Positions 39,260 through 50,249 of a stretch of DNA of 64,000 nt are shown here, in pieces. This DNA comes from an uncultured delta proteobacterium (lineage in GTDB: Bacteria > Desulfobacterota > Desulfobaccia > Desulfobaccales > 0-14-0-80-60-11): assembly GCA_963812015.1 (NCBI GenBank), contig CAWETI010000002.1, positions 1 through 64,000 of the forward strand. The letters are read 5' to 3'. Under the pieces are notes generated by a model, which saw only the letters and a list, made by a program, of their open reading frames with translations, ran no database searches and was not told the origin of the DNA. The translations under genes were made by a program, and so were the position numbers. Position 1 is the first letter of the stretch. Each line of letters starts with the position of its first letter.

Positions 39260-40856
39260 TACTTCTCACTCTCCAGGCGGGCCATCAGTTGGGGGCGGGC
39301 CAGGAGGTCGGCGCCTAAAAGGATTTTGACATCCGTCCCTTGCTTGAGCTTCGTGCTGGGTTCCAGTCCTGCTTCCGGGAAAAAAGTGCTGGCCACCGCC
39401 CGGGCGACTTTTTCCGCTCCGGGCCGATAATAAATCATGGTCTTGGTCGCACCGAAATCTATATGATTGCCGATTGTGGCCACCGTGAATCCCTCCTGGC
39501 TGAGCCAGGCGCGGGTCTGATGGGCCAGATTGCGGGTCCAAGTGCCGTTCCGTATTTCTATGTTGGTATCCATCAGTTCAGCGGAGGTCAGATATTTCGG
39601 GTAGCCAAACGGGGTGGCTTCGGCAACCTGAGCTAGCGCCGCCGCCGGAATCGGCTCGGGAACAACAGCCTGCTGCTTGGCTTCTACCGGGACCGGCTTC
39701 TGAGTCGCAGGTTCTTTTGACACCTGCCTGGGGGATTCTTTAAGGGCCAGCGGTTGAGCCGGGGGCTAGCCTTGGCTAATGCCTTGGCTGGTCCCGGGGC
39801 GAGGGCGGCTTTCGGCTTTGAGACTGAAGCGACCTTGACCGCGGGCGAAGCAGGTGCAGGCTTCTGGGCAGCTATGGCGCGGTCAGATATGCCGGGACTC
39901 GCAGGGGGAGCCTTTTCAAGAATGGCAGGCTTCCGGGCCTCCTCCCGGGGCTTGGGGGCGACCGGGGCGGGGGTCTGAGCCAACGGTTTGGCGGCCGGCA
40001 GGGATTTGGCCTTTTGGACCATCACCGGTTGAGCCGGGAGGGCACCCTTGGCTGGCATGGGGGCAGGCAAACGGGAAACGGCCGCTTTCGGCGCTGGAGC
40101 TTGCGTTACCTTGGCCGCAGGAGGAGCGGGTTCGGGCCTCCGAGCATACACGGCCCGGTCAGGCATCCCCAGGGCTGCCTGGGCCTGGGTCACCTTGGCG
40201 TCGGCGGCGGCCACACCTTCCGCTTCCTGCCAGAGCCTTCGGGCCTCCTCCTGGCGGCCGACACGGCAATACAGGAGCCCCAGGTTGTTGCGAGCCGCTA
40301 CATTCTGGGGATCACGGGCCAGGCTTTGGCGATAGCACGTCTCAGCCTCTTGCCAGCGGCCCTCCAGGTAGTAAGAGAAGCCTAAATTATTGAACAAAAC
40401 GGGATGGGGGCCTTGCCGGGCAAGAGCCTCCTGGTAAAGCTGGTGGGCCGCTTCGAATTCCCCCAGCTCTTCATAGCTCTGGGCCAGGGCGTTGACCATC
40501 TTGAGATTATCGGGGTTTTCTTGGTGGGCTTGCTCCAATTCCTTGAGGCCCAATTCGGGCTGCCCCATCAATTTGTAATAGTGAACATTCCGTAACAACC
40601 GGGAGATATCCCCGGAAGACGGTCGGACGTTGGCAACATAAGAACCGGGGGTTCCTTCCAGCCGGCCGGAGCCCGAAAACGGGGCGCTGCAGCCAACTAC
40701 CCCGTATGCTAGGGTTCCCGCCAGGGCCAGCACCGCCAGGCCGGCCACCCCATAGCCGTAAGGGGACCTGCGATCAGCCGGAAGCGGCATGGCCGGCCCG
40801 GTCATGCCGGCTGCTCCCGGTTTTGGCCTTTCCCGATTAATCATGCCGGTCTCCAT
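39259..40856 (-). pseudogene. TPR plus LytR_C-domain protein split by a 1-nt frameshift
   Basis: N part: TPRs and a Pro/Ala linker. C part: IEIRNG...IGN...TMIYYRPG...DVKILLGAD. Adding one G to GGGGG at 39761-39765 joins the two frames. Confidence 0.7.
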
Positions 40857-40910
40857 GGTCGTCGCCTCTTGTTCACGCCGCGGTCCCCCTGTAGTAGCAG
40901 CTCGTGCGGC

Positions 40911-41201
40911 TCACTGATTTAACAGCTTCATTTCCAGGGCCTTCTTATCTTCGCCCTTAAAGCTCTTGTCATATTTCTCGAGTTCGTTGGCCGCGGCCTG
41001 GGGCGACAGCCCCACCGCGGGCTTCGGGTCGAAGCCGGCCTGGGGGTTCACCACTTGCTGGGCGATGTTGTTCCGCACCGAATTGCCGTAATCCATCTCC
41101 ACGGCGCTGGGCGGGTAGCACCCGGCCAGCAGCAGCAGCGCTACCCCCAACAGCGCCAGGCGCCTCCAGGTCTTGAGGATGTCAGTCTTATGGTTGAACA
41201 T
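40911..41201 (-). CDS. Small Tad-associated lipoprotein
   Basis: Lipobox LAGC; DYGNSVRNNIAQQVVNP; directly after the secretin gene. Confidence 0.75.
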   Translation of the reverse strand: MFNHKTDILKTWRRLALLGVALLLLAGCYPPSAVEMDYGNSVRNNIAQQVVNPQAGFDPKPAVGLSPQAAANELEKYDKSFKGEDKKALEMKLLNQ

Positions 41202-41225
41202 GGCTCTCTCTCCGGCGCCGGGCGC

Positions 41226-42677
41226 CTAATTCAGGGACTGGTGGCCGAATCCCGGCGGCAGCGGCGCCGCAGGCGCCGGGGTCGGGGTCGGCTTCTGCCG
41301 CCCCTGCTCCAGCCCCAGCAGGTAGGTGTCAACATCACTGGGATCGATCCACTTATCCGTGGGCAACCGGGCCGCCCCCGGCGCCATGGGCTTCACCAGG
41401 TGGGGGGTCACCAGGGCCACCAACTCCGTTTCATTCTTCTGGTAGTTGGTGGAGCGGAACAGGACCCCCAGGACCGGGATATCCCCCAGCACCGGAAACT
41501 TGTTGATGACATTCCGGGTATAGTCCGACAACAGCCCGGCGATGGAGAAAGTCTGGCCGTCTTGCACCTCTATGTGGGTGTCCATCTCCCGGGTGGTCAG
41601 CCCCGGCACCGTAAAGCCCTGCAACTGAATCCCCAGGGTATAATCCAGCTCGCTGACGATGGGATGCACCTTCACCGCGATCTTGCTGTCGTTCAGCACC
41701 ACGGGGGTGAAATCCAGCTGGACCCCGAACTTCTTCCAGTCGATGGTGATGGTGGCCGCCCCGCCGATGCCGCTCTGGGGCACCGGCACGGGAAACTCAC
41801 CCCCCGCGATGAAGGAGGCCTTCTGGCCGCTGGTGGTCACCAGATTGGGCTCCGCCAGCACCCGGCCCAGGTTCTGCTGCTTCAGGAGGTCCAAAAACAC
41901 GGTCCACAGGGTGCCGGCCGCGGTCCAGCCCCCCATGGCCGTGATGAGGCTGCCGGGGCCCTGGGAGAAGGTGGTGCCCGGGGCGGCGGCGGTCCCGGTG
42001 AAGGTGCGCACCAGATTGCTGATGGGGGCCAGGCTGTTGATCTGGTTGACGCCGAAATTGCCGCCGGGGGCCACCGCGTTGAAGTTGACCCCGATCTGCT
42101 CGGCGATCACCCGGTTGATCTCCGCCACCCGGACCTCCAGCATCACCTGCTGCACCCCGCCCACGTGCATCAGGTTCACCACCTTTTCCTTCTTGCCGCC
42201 GGCATAAGGCATGGCCAGAGACAGGGCGGTGTCCTGGGCCACCGGCCCGGAAACTTCCCCGGACAGGACGATGGACTCACCCGCGGCCTCGGCCCCGATC
42301 TTTTCCTTGGGCAGGATCTGGTGGAGCTTCTCCTTCAACAGGGTCAGGTCGGCCTCCACCGTGACTGTGGCGGAGGTGAAGCGGGACTTGCCCCACATGG
42401 TGATATTCGTCACCCCCGGGGCCAGACCGTTGACATAGATCTCCCGCTCGTTAATCAGGATGAGATCGGCGACGTCCGGGTCGGCCACCGAGATGCGGGT
42501 GAGGCTGAACGGCGTACGCAACACCTTGGAGTGCCCCACCTGCAGACGCACTACCTGGGCGATCTCCTGGTTCTTCACCCGATCCAACAGGTCCGCCGCC
42601 GGGGCCGGAACCGCTCCCAGGAAAGCCAGGATTATCCCCCACCACAGCCACATCCACCTGCGGGCTGGTCTTCCCAC
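41226..42677 (-). CDS. cpaC: Flp/Tad pilus secretin (CpaC/RcpA)
   Basis: ISVADPDVAD N-domain, QVMLEVRVAE, LAEPNL, FIAGGEFPVP, KFPVLGDIPVLG.LFRS, ETELV..VTPHLV. Confidence 0.9.
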   Translation of the reverse strand: MGRPARRWMWLWWGIILAFLGAVPAPAADLLDRVKNQEIAQVVRLQVGHSKVLRTPFSLTRISVADPDVADLILINEREIYVNGLAPGVTNITMWGKSRFTSATVTVEADLTLLKEKLHQILPKEKIGAEAAGESIVLSGEVSGPVAQDTALSLAMPYAGGKKEKVVNLMHVGGVQQVMLEVRVAEINRVIAEQIGVNFNAVAPGGNFGVNQINSLAPISNLVRTFTGTAAAPGTTFSQGPGSLITAMGGWTAAGTLWTVFLDLLKQQNLGRVLAEPNLVTTSGQKASFIAGGEFPVPVPQSGIGGAATITIDWKKFGVQLDFTPVVLNDSKIAVKVHPIVSELDYTLGIQLQGFTVPGLTTREMDTHIEVQDGQTFSIAGLLSDYTRNVINKFPVLGDIPVLGVLFRSTNYQKNETELVALVTPHLVKPMAPGAARLPTDKWIDPSDVDTYLLGLEQGRQKPTPTPAPAAPLPPGFGHQSLN

Positions 42678-43294
42678 AACTCTATCCCCCCCTGTGGCTC
42701 GCTACTTTTGCCAAACTTCTTCGAGCCACATAAAGACCAAATTAATAGTAGTTTTATGATACCTAAGTGATTGAAAGGTTTTTGTCAACTTTTTTTTATA
42801 TAGAGGCAGACCAAATTAATAAGAAAAGGCATTTTTTTTAAAATTCAGTCAGTATTGAGTCGAATTTCATAAGATTTCGGTGTCCTGTAGGCCGTAGTGC
42901 ACCGAACGGAGAATAACCCGGACCTTTGAGCCTTGGCTCACGGTGACGGATGAAAGTGTCATGGTTAATTTCATAATAGCTTGTGACGAAGTAAACAATC
43001 CCACATCGGCATGGCCACGCCAAAAATGATATCAGCCCTCGGTTCCGGCTTAGGCGTTACCGATACAGGTTGGCAGTGAAAACATGACATTTTTTGACAA
43101 AAACATGTAAGGCGCCGCGTGAGGCCTCAGGCGAGTGCTCGCCGGTTTATCAGCCGGGGCAAGCGTTCTCGCCGGATAGCCAGACCCCTCACCTTATATG
43201 ATATTTTCAATAATACCCGGGTGTGAACCCGATGCAAATAAGTAGACGCTTGGCGAAAGCTATATTATAGTGTTATTCAAAAGTTGGGTTTGGG

Positions 43295-44155
43295 TTGGTA
43301 ATGGTGTGTGGCTTACAGGTCGCCCTGGTGCTCGGATTAACCGGGTTTATGCTGGGTCTTTTCCCTGGCCCACTAGGAGAGCCCCGTCCGGGAGAGGGGG
43401 GGGAGTGTGTCAGGGTGGCGCATCCCGCGGCCGCGGCCCCCAAAGCCGCGTCAGGAGATGATACAGGGCCATCGCCCCTGGCCGAGTTGGCCCAGCCGGG
43501 GAGTGAGCCCAACCACCCCGGCGAGGCATGGTCTGTAACGGTCAGGGGGCCATCCGGTCGATCTCCCCGGTTGCCGGCCCAGATTGTCAGTCTGGTCAAA
43601 CGCCAAAACCTGGCAAGGGTGATTGAGAAATACGCCCGGCGGTATGGCGTGGATGAAGACCTGGTGTGGGCCGTCATTCGCCAGGAGTCCGGGTTTAATC
43701 CCGATGCCGTATCCCCTAAGGGCGCCATGGGACTCATGCAGCTGATGCCGGGGACCGCGGCCCTGATGGGGGTATCCGACGCCTTTGACGTGGAGCAGAA
43801 CATTGCCGGCGGGATTAAATATCTCGAACGGTGCCTCAGCCAATTTAACCAGGATGTTTGCCTGGCCCTGGCCGCATATAACGCCGGGTCTGAGAATGTG
43901 GTTAAATACCAGGGGTGCCCCCCGTTTCCCGAGACGCGGCATTATGTCGCGACCATCCTCCAGGCCTATGCGGGGCAGACGATTCGAAAAGATTTTGAGC
44001 TTATCAGCTTAAGTCCGGTGGTGGACGAAGACGTTCCCGACACCCCCGGGCCCAGGGGATTAGCCTGGAAGATACCCCTGCCCCAATGGAGAATTGCACA
44101 ACCGCGCGCCAAGCTTACCCCTCCTCTCTGGAAAGTGCCCCTGCGCCCTTTCTGA
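43295..44155 (+). CDS. Lytic transglycosylase (SLT domain)
   Basis: AVIRQESGFNP, SPKGAMGLMQLMP, ALAAYNAG, PFPETRHYV. Confidence 0.9.
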   Translation: MVMVCGLQVALVLGLTGFMLGLFPGPLGEPRPGEGGECVRVAHPAAAAPKAASGDDTGPSPLAELAQPGSEPNHPGEAWSVTVRGPSGRSPRLPAQIVSLVKRQNLARVIEKYARRYGVDEDLVWAVIRQESGFNPDAVSPKGAMGLMQLMPGTAALMGVSDAFDVEQNIAGGIKYLERCLSQFNQDVCLALAAYNAGSENVVKYQGCPPFPETRHYVATILQAYAGQTIRKDFELISLSPVVDEDVPDTPGPRGLAWKIPLPQWRIAQPRAKLTPPLWKVPLRPF

Positions 44156-44276
44156 GCCATTGGCAGCGGGCCCGGCGTTGGGGGGTGGTCTGGCTGCGGC
44201 CCATCCAGCGCCACCGATCCTTTTCCCGGCTAGGCTGAGGATAGCGATAACTTTTCTTCAAAGGATTGAGGAAATT

Positions 44277-46697
44277 ATGCAGAAACAACCGTGTTCCTGG
44301 TGGAATAGAGTCGTCTGGGTGGTGGCGTTGCTGTTGGTAGTCTCCCTCTGGGCATGCAGTAGCATGGAGGAAAAACGCAATAAATTCATGGCTTCCGGGA
44401 AAGAATTATACCAGAAGTCAGACTATGTCAGGGCTCGCCTGCAATTCCAGAACGCCTTGCAGATTGACCCCAAACTTGCCGAAGCCTCCCTGTGGCTGGG
44501 CAAGACGCAACTCAAGCTGCAAAATCCCCGGGAGGCATATACGGCCTTGAATCTTGCCGTGGAGCAAGACCCCCGGCTCACGGAGGCCCAAATCCTTTTG
44601 GGGGAGCTTCTCCTGATGGCCAGGCAGCTGGATAAAGCCCAGGAAAGGTTAGAGATCGCCTTAAAGCAGGAACCCCGCAATACCGACGCCTTAGTGTTGG
44701 CCGCCGCCTTAGAAGCGGCTCGGGCCCGGACCCCAAAAGCCCTGGAGGTGCTGGCGGAAGTGCGCCGGCTGGACCCCGGCAAGATCCCTGCCTATGTGAT
44801 GGCGGCCTCCTTTCTGTCAAGAGAGCACAAACCAGAAGAGGCCGCGGCCATACTGGAGCAAGGCATTAAGGCCAACCCCAAATCCCTGAACCTCTATGTG
44901 GCTCGAGCCAGCCTGGCGGACCACCAAAAGCAGTTTGAGGTCGGAGAGTCATTTCTGCTGAAAGCCATCGCCCTGGAACCCAAGGACACCAACCTTTATA
45001 ATCAATTAGTGGGCCATTACCGTATGGCCGGGCAAGGGGATAAAGCTGAGGAGGCTCTCCGAAAGAACGTCAGCCTGGAACCGGATAACGAAAAACCGGC
45101 CATCCTGCTGGCGCGCTTCCTGGCCAGCCAGGGGCGGCGCCAGGACGCGGAGATCACCCTCAAAGATTTTATTAAGGGGCATCCGGACAATTATCCGGCC
45201 CGCTTTGCCCTGGCAGAAATTGATGTGGCTCTCAGGCGGCCGGACCAGGCCGAGCCGGTGTTGCAGGAAATCACCAAACTGGACCCTGAAGGACCTAACG
45301 GGGTTAAAGCCAAAAATGAACTGGCTCGTCTTAAGATAGCCCAGGGTCATATCGATGCCGGGGAGAAGCTGGTGAATGAAGTCCTGAAGGATCACCCGAA
45401 GGATATGAATGCCACCGAAACCCGGGGGCTCATCGCCCTGGATAAACAGGACGGCCTGACCGCGGTGAATAGTTTCCGTCTCCTCACCCAGGATCGGCCC
45501 CAAGACCCCCAGGCCTGGCTGCTTCTGGCCAGGGCCAACCTGCTTAATAAGGAAGAAGGATTGGCCAGGGAGAACGCTAAAAAAGCGCTGGAGATTAAGC
45601 CGGATTTTCTAGAGGCCAGGAAATTCCTCTATGGCATCTTTCTCCAGGCCAAGGATTATGACGGCGCTATCAATACTATCCAGGGTTACCTCCGAGTCAA
45701 CGGCCAGGACATGTTTAATCTGATAATCCTGGGGGAGGTCTATGGCCTCAAAGGCGACTATGGCCAAGCCAGGGCAACCTTCCAGAAAATCATTGATTTA
45801 GAGCCGAAGGACCCTCAAGGCTATTATCAACTGGCCCTTTTGGGGGTAAAGACCAAAAAGCCGGATGAAGCCCTCAGGTACGCTGGCCAGGCCTTGCAGG
45901 TACAACCCGGTTTCCTGCCCGCCTTGCAACTCCTGGCGGGCATCTATCAGGACCAGAAGCAGCCGGATAAGGCCTTGGCGGCAGTACGCCAGAGCCTGGC
46001 CCGCAGTCCCCAAAATCCGCAATTGCTCCAAATGTTGGGTGAACTGCTGTTGGTCCAGAACCAGCCCCAGGCAGCCATCGCCCCGCTGGAAGAAGCCCTG
46101 AACCTGAACCCCCGCCAGGTGGCCTCCCTGCAACAATTAGCTCTGGCCTACGAGCGCCTGCCCAATCCGGATAAGGCCTTGGCGCAACTTGAGGCAAAGG
46201 TGGCCGACCCCAAATCTTCCCCGATTTTCTCCCTGGTGTTGGCCACGGTCTATGAACAACAGCAAAAATTTGAACAAGCGATCAACCTGTATAGCAGCCT
46301 GGTGGCTCGAAACTTGTTTACCTCCCTGGCGGGTAATAATCTGGCCTACTTGATGGCGGAACACCAGCCCACGGCGGAAAATCTCATGCGGGCCCAGAAG
46401 CTGTCGTCTGAATCCCTGGAAGAGCACCCCGAAGAGGCCAGCTTTTTGGACACCCTGGGCTGGGTTCTCTGTAAACAGGAAAAATACGCCCAGGCCAAGA
46501 CCTACCTGGAAAAGGCGCTGGGGCATGACCCCAATCAACCCACCATGCTGTACCATTTGGCTTGGTGTGAAGCCAAACTGGGAGAAACGGCCGCAGCCCG
46601 GGCCGCTTTGCAGAAGGCCCTGGGCAGCAAGACCAAATTTGGGGAACGGGACGCGGCCCAAAAGCTGCTGGACGGTCTGCCCGCCGGCGGGAAATAG
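44277..46697 (+). CDS. Large TPR lipoprotein (PrsT/exopolysaccharide-locus type)
   Basis: Lipobox LWAC; TPRs throughout; C-terminal NNLAY...DTLGW...YHLA. Start ATG 44277 with GAGG RBS. Confidence 0.85.
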   Translation: MQKQPCSWWNRVVWVVALLLVVSLWACSSMEEKRNKFMASGKELYQKSDYVRARLQFQNALQIDPKLAEASLWLGKTQLKLQNPREAYTALNLAVEQDPRLTEAQILLGELLLMARQLDKAQERLEIALKQEPRNTDALVLAAALEAARARTPKALEVLAEVRRLDPGKIPAYVMAASFLSREHKPEEAAAILEQGIKANPKSLNLYVARASLADHQKQFEVGESFLLKAIALEPKDTNLYNQLVGHYRMAGQGDKAEEALRKNVSLEPDNEKPAILLARFLASQGRRQDAEITLKDFIKGHPDNYPARFALAEIDVALRRPDQAEPVLQEITKLDPEGPNGVKAKNELARLKIAQGHIDAGEKLVNEVLKDHPKDMNATETRGLIALDKQDGLTAVNSFRLLTQDRPQDPQAWLLLARANLLNKEEGLARENAKKALEIKPDFLEARKFLYGIFLQAKDYDGAINTIQGYLRVNGQDMFNLIILGEVYGLKGDYGQARATFQKIIDLEPKDPQGYYQLALLGVKTKKPDEALRYAGQALQVQPGFLPALQLLAGIYQDQKQPDKALAAVRQSLARSPQNPQLLQMLGELLLVQNQPQAAIAPLEEALNLNPRQVASLQQLALAYERLPNPDKALAQLEAKVADPKSSPIFSLVLATVYEQQQKFEQAINLYSSLVARNLFTSLAGNNLAYLMAEHQPTAENLMRAQKLSSESLEEHPEEASFLDTLGWVLCKQEKYAQAKTYLEKALGHDPNQPTMLYHLAWCEAKLGETAAARAALQKALGSKTKFGERDAAQKLLDGLPAGGK

Positions 46698-46770
46698 TCA
46701 GATTACGGGAGCCCCGCATCGGGAGAACCCCTCCCCCAAATAACTACATTTTTCAGGAGAGCGAGTCCCC

Positions 46771-48201
46771 ATGGTTGATGCTGCGACAATTCCCATTTAC
46801 GGCGTAATTCTGGCCGGGGGGTGGGGGACCCGGTTTTGGCCCCTGAGCCGCTCCCTTTACCCCAAACAGATCTTGCGCCTCCTGGGCTCGGAATCCATGC
46901 TGCAATCCACCGTCCAACGCTTGCTGCCGCGAATTCCCCCGGAGCGCTTGGCGGTGGTGACCAATGCCGACCAGGCCGGGCTGATTCACCAGGAATTGCA
47001 GCGCCAAGGCTGGGAGGAGGTCCGCATCTGGATTGAACCCGAGGGCCGCAATACCGCGGCGGCGGTGGGGCTGGCGGCGGTTTATTTGGGGGAGGAGGCT
47101 GATGAGGCCGTTATGGCGGTCTTCCCGTCCGACCATTTCATCCAAGATCAGGCCGGTCTGCTGCGGGCCCTGGACTTGGGCGCCGCCTGGGCTCAGGCCG
47201 GCTACCTGGTGACCTTCGGCATTCCCCCGATCCGGCCGGAGACCGGGTACGGTTACATTAAGCGCGGCAATCCCCTGGATGCAACGGGGGGAGCTTTCCG
47301 GGCAGTCCGGTTCATCGAAAAACCCCCCCGGGCCCGGGCCCGGGAGTTCCTGGCCGAAGGGGGCTATTACTGGAATAGCGGGATCTTCATGTTCCGCCGG
47401 GATGTTTTGCTGGAAGCCTGTTCCCGTTATTTGCCCGACCTGTACCGGGAACTGGCCCGGTTACAGGTCAAGGAAAACCGGCCCTCCCTTAAAGAGGTCT
47501 ATCACCATCTCCCCAGCATCTCCCTGGATCATGGCATCCTGGAGAAGGCCGAGAACGTGGCGGTGGTGCCGGTGGAGATGGGTTGGAATGATGTGGGGAC
47601 CTGGGAAGCCCTGCATGAGATCTTTCCCCAGGATGAACGGGGCAACGTGACCCTGGGCCGGGTAATGGACCAGGGCAGCCGGGACAGCATCATCTATGCC
47701 CAAACCCGCCTGGTGGCCACCATCGGATTGGAGAAGATCATCGTGGTGGATACTCCGGATGCCACCCTGGTCTGTCACCGGGATCGGGCCCAGGACGTCA
47801 AAGACCTGGTGACGGAATTGCACCGGCAACACCTGGTGGAGTCGATGCAGCATACTACCGTGGAGCGCCCCTGGGGCCGCTATACGGTCATGGACGAGGG
47901 GCTGGGATTTAAGGTCAAACGGATCGTGGTGGACCAGGGCAAAAAGCTCAGTCTCCAGGTGCACCAGCGCCGGGCGGAACACTGGGTGGTGGTCTCGGGC
48001 ACCGCCCAGGTCACCATCGGCCAGGAACTCAGGCTGGTGTCCAGTAACCAGAGCGTCTACATCCCGCCGAAGACTCCCCACCGCCTGGAAAACCCCACCG
48101 TGGAACCCTTGCAGATTATCGAGGTCCAGACCGGGGACTACCTGGAAGAAGACGATATCCTGCGCCTGGAGGACGATTACTGGCATCCCGACCAGGCCTA
48201 A
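46771..48201 (+). CDS. manC: Mannose-1-phosphate guanylyltransferase / mannose-6-phosphate isomerase
   Basis: ILAGGWGTRFWPLSR..YPKQ, EPEGRNTA, ETGYGYI, WNSGIF; cupin RPWG...EHWVVV. Confidence 0.95.
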   Translation: MVDAATIPIYGVILAGGWGTRFWPLSRSLYPKQILRLLGSESMLQSTVQRLLPRIPPERLAVVTNADQAGLIHQELQRQGWEEVRIWIEPEGRNTAAAVGLAAVYLGEEADEAVMAVFPSDHFIQDQAGLLRALDLGAAWAQAGYLVTFGIPPIRPETGYGYIKRGNPLDATGGAFRAVRFIEKPPRARAREFLAEGGYYWNSGIFMFRRDVLLEACSRYLPDLYRELARLQVKENRPSLKEVYHHLPSISLDHGILEKAENVAVVPVEMGWNDVGTWEALHEIFPQDERGNVTLGRVMDQGSRDSIIYAQTRLVATIGLEKIIVVDTPDATLVCHRDRAQDVKDLVTELHRQHLVESMQHTTVERPWGRYTVMDEGLGFKVKRIVVDQGKKLSLQVHQRRAEHWVVVSGTAQVTIGQELRLVSSNQSVYIPPKTPHRLENPTVEPLQIIEVQTGDYLEEDDILRLEDDYWHPDQA

Positions 48202-48671
48202 AGGGTTACCGCGGTTATTAAACCGGACAGTGTTGTGTCTCAGGTCGATTGTTTCAAACCCTGAGGCACATAATCTTCCCCGCCCCTGGCGGGAGTTCCC
48301 CTGTTCCCCTCGCAAAAAACACCATTCCAGGGGGCCTGATTTGATTCTGCCGGGAAACATGCACTATAATATTCATCATGGGAACCTGGATTGCGGCCCC
48401 TTGGTTTGCTGGAATTCTTGCCCCCAACGTCGCCGGCCTCTGCCGATCATCTGCTCTGAGGCTGGGCGCCGGCCTTTCAATCAAGCGTCATGCACGTTAG
48501 ACCCGTGGCGGCATTTTCCGTAATGTCCGCCACCGCACCGATCGTAGCGCTTGTTGGTGAGGCGGATCGGCCTCCGGCTCACCCGGGCGAGTGCTCATCA
48601 GGTTTAAAGGAAGCGACGAAGGCCGGTGATCGCCTAAGGGCGATGCCGGTAGAGCGGCTTGGAGGCAGTCG

Positions 48672-50249
48672 ATGCGGGTTCTTTTGATCTACCCTGAATT
48701 TCCCAGTTCATTCTGGTCGTTGCAGCAGTCGTGCGAACTTCTGGGACGAAAAACTCTCATGCCGCCCCTGGGCCTCATTACTCTGGCGGCGCTCCTGCCG
48801 GGAGACTGGGAGTTGCGCCTGGCGGACTTAAACACGCGGCAACTCCGACCCGACGACTGGGACTGGGCCGAGCTCGTCATGCTCTCCGGCATGATCGTCC
48901 AGCGGGATGGTCTGTTTAACCTGATCCGGGAGGCCAAACAGCGGCACAAAACCGTGGTGGTCGGCGGCCCCTACCCCACCTCGGTGCCCCAGGAAATCAT
49001 GGAGGCGGGAGCCGATTTTCTCGTGCGGGGCGAGGGTGAAATTACCCTGCCGCTCTGGCTGGCGGCGTGGCGGGCCGGTGAGACCCACGGGGTGATCGAG
49101 CCGGACGGTAGGCCGGATATGGCCCTGTCGCCGGTGCCCCGTTTTGATCTGCTCAATCTGGACGACTATATCCTCGCGGGCGTCCAGACTTCCCGGGGGT
49201 GTCCTTTTAATTGTGAGTTCTGCGACATCGTCAACCTGTATGGTCGCAAGCCCCGTTATAAAAATCCCGATCAGGTTCTGGCGGAGTTGGAAACGCTCTT
49301 TAACCTGGGATGGAGACGAGAGGTTTTTTTCTGCGACGACAATTTTATCGGCAGTCAAACCCATGCCCGGGCCATCCTCAAGAAACTCACCCCCTGGATG
49401 GAAGGCCACGGGGAGCCCTTCAGTTTCTGGACCCAGGTGTCCGCCAATCTCGGGCATAATCCAGCCATGGTGGATCTGCTGACTGAAGCCAATTTCGGCA
49501 ATGTCTTCATCGGAGTCGAGTCTCCGGACGAGGCGGTTTTGGCCGGCAACCGCAAATATCAAAACCTGAAGGACCCCCTGGATCAATCATTGAACAACAT
49601 CAGCGCCAACGGACTGGGGGTGGTCCCCAGCTTTATCATGGGCTTTGATCAGGAGACCAAAGGCGCCGGCGACCGGATCTGCGCCTTCGTGGAACAGAAT
49701 AACCTGCCTCTGGTCATGCTGAACCTGTTGCAGGCGCTCCCCAATACCGCCTTATGGGACCGGCTCCAGGAGGAAAACCGGCTGACGGGAGCCGGGGTTA
49801 CCGCCGACATGGTCGATACGACCTTTAACTTTTTGCCGACCCGCCCGGCCGCCGAGATCGTGGCCGAGTACATCCGGGCGGTAGACTACCTTTACGAGCC
49901 CTCAAAATATCTGGCCCGGACCTACCGGTACTTTCTGGCCATGAGACCCACGCGCTCCGCCGCCGCCGAAAAGCGCCAGGGCCAGGGGAAAGGCAAACAG
50001 CAAAGCCGTTTGGCGAACAGGGTCCGGCGCGATATGGGCGCGTTTCTTAAGCTGCTCTGGCGACAGGGTGTCGTGGCCGGCTACCGGCGGCAATTCTGGC
50101 GGCAGTTGGTAGGAATGTACCGGCAAAATCCCAGCCGTATAGCCAAATATCTGGAAAAATTGGCCATGGGGGAAAATCTTTTTCGGATTCGGGAAAGCCT
50201 GCTGGCCCGAGCCGGCCAGTCCAGGCCTGGAAAGAGCTCCGGGGCTTGA
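48672..50249 (+). CDS. B12-binding radical SAM protein (DUF4070 type)
   Basis: PPLGL.T.AA, VVVGGPY, SRGCPFNCEFCD, DDNFIG. Confidence 0.9.
   Translation: MRVLLIYPEFPSSFWSLQQSCELLGRKTLMPPLGLITLAALLPGDWELRLADLNTRQLRPDDWDWAELVMLSGMIVQRDGLFNLIREAKQRHKTVVVGGPYPTSVPQEIMEAGADFLVRGEGEITLPLWLAAWRAGETHGVIEPDGRPDMALSPVPRFDLLNLDDYILAGVQTSRGCPFNCEFCDIVNLYGRKPRYKNPDQVLAELETLFNLGWRREVFFCDDNFIGSQTHARAILKKLTPWMEGHGEPFSFWTQVSANLGHNPAMVDLLTEANFGNVFIGVESPDEAVLAGNRKYQNLKDPLDQSLNNISANGLGVVPSFIMGFDQETKGAGDRICAFVEQNNLPLVMLNLLQALPNTALWDRLQEENRLTGAGVTADMVDTTFNFLPTRPAAEIVAEYIRAVDYLYEPSKYLARTYRYFLAMRPTRSAAAEKRQGQGKGKQQSRLANRVRRDMGAFLKLLWRQGVVAGYRRQFWRQLVGMYRQNPSRIAKYLEKLAMGENLFRIRESLLARAGQSRPGKSSGA

Noticed and set aside
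48360..48670. Long hairpin-rich leader before the B12-binding radical SAM gene, considered as a cobalamin riboswitch
   Set aside because: I could not find a B12 box or the GGGAA/GCCACTG core.
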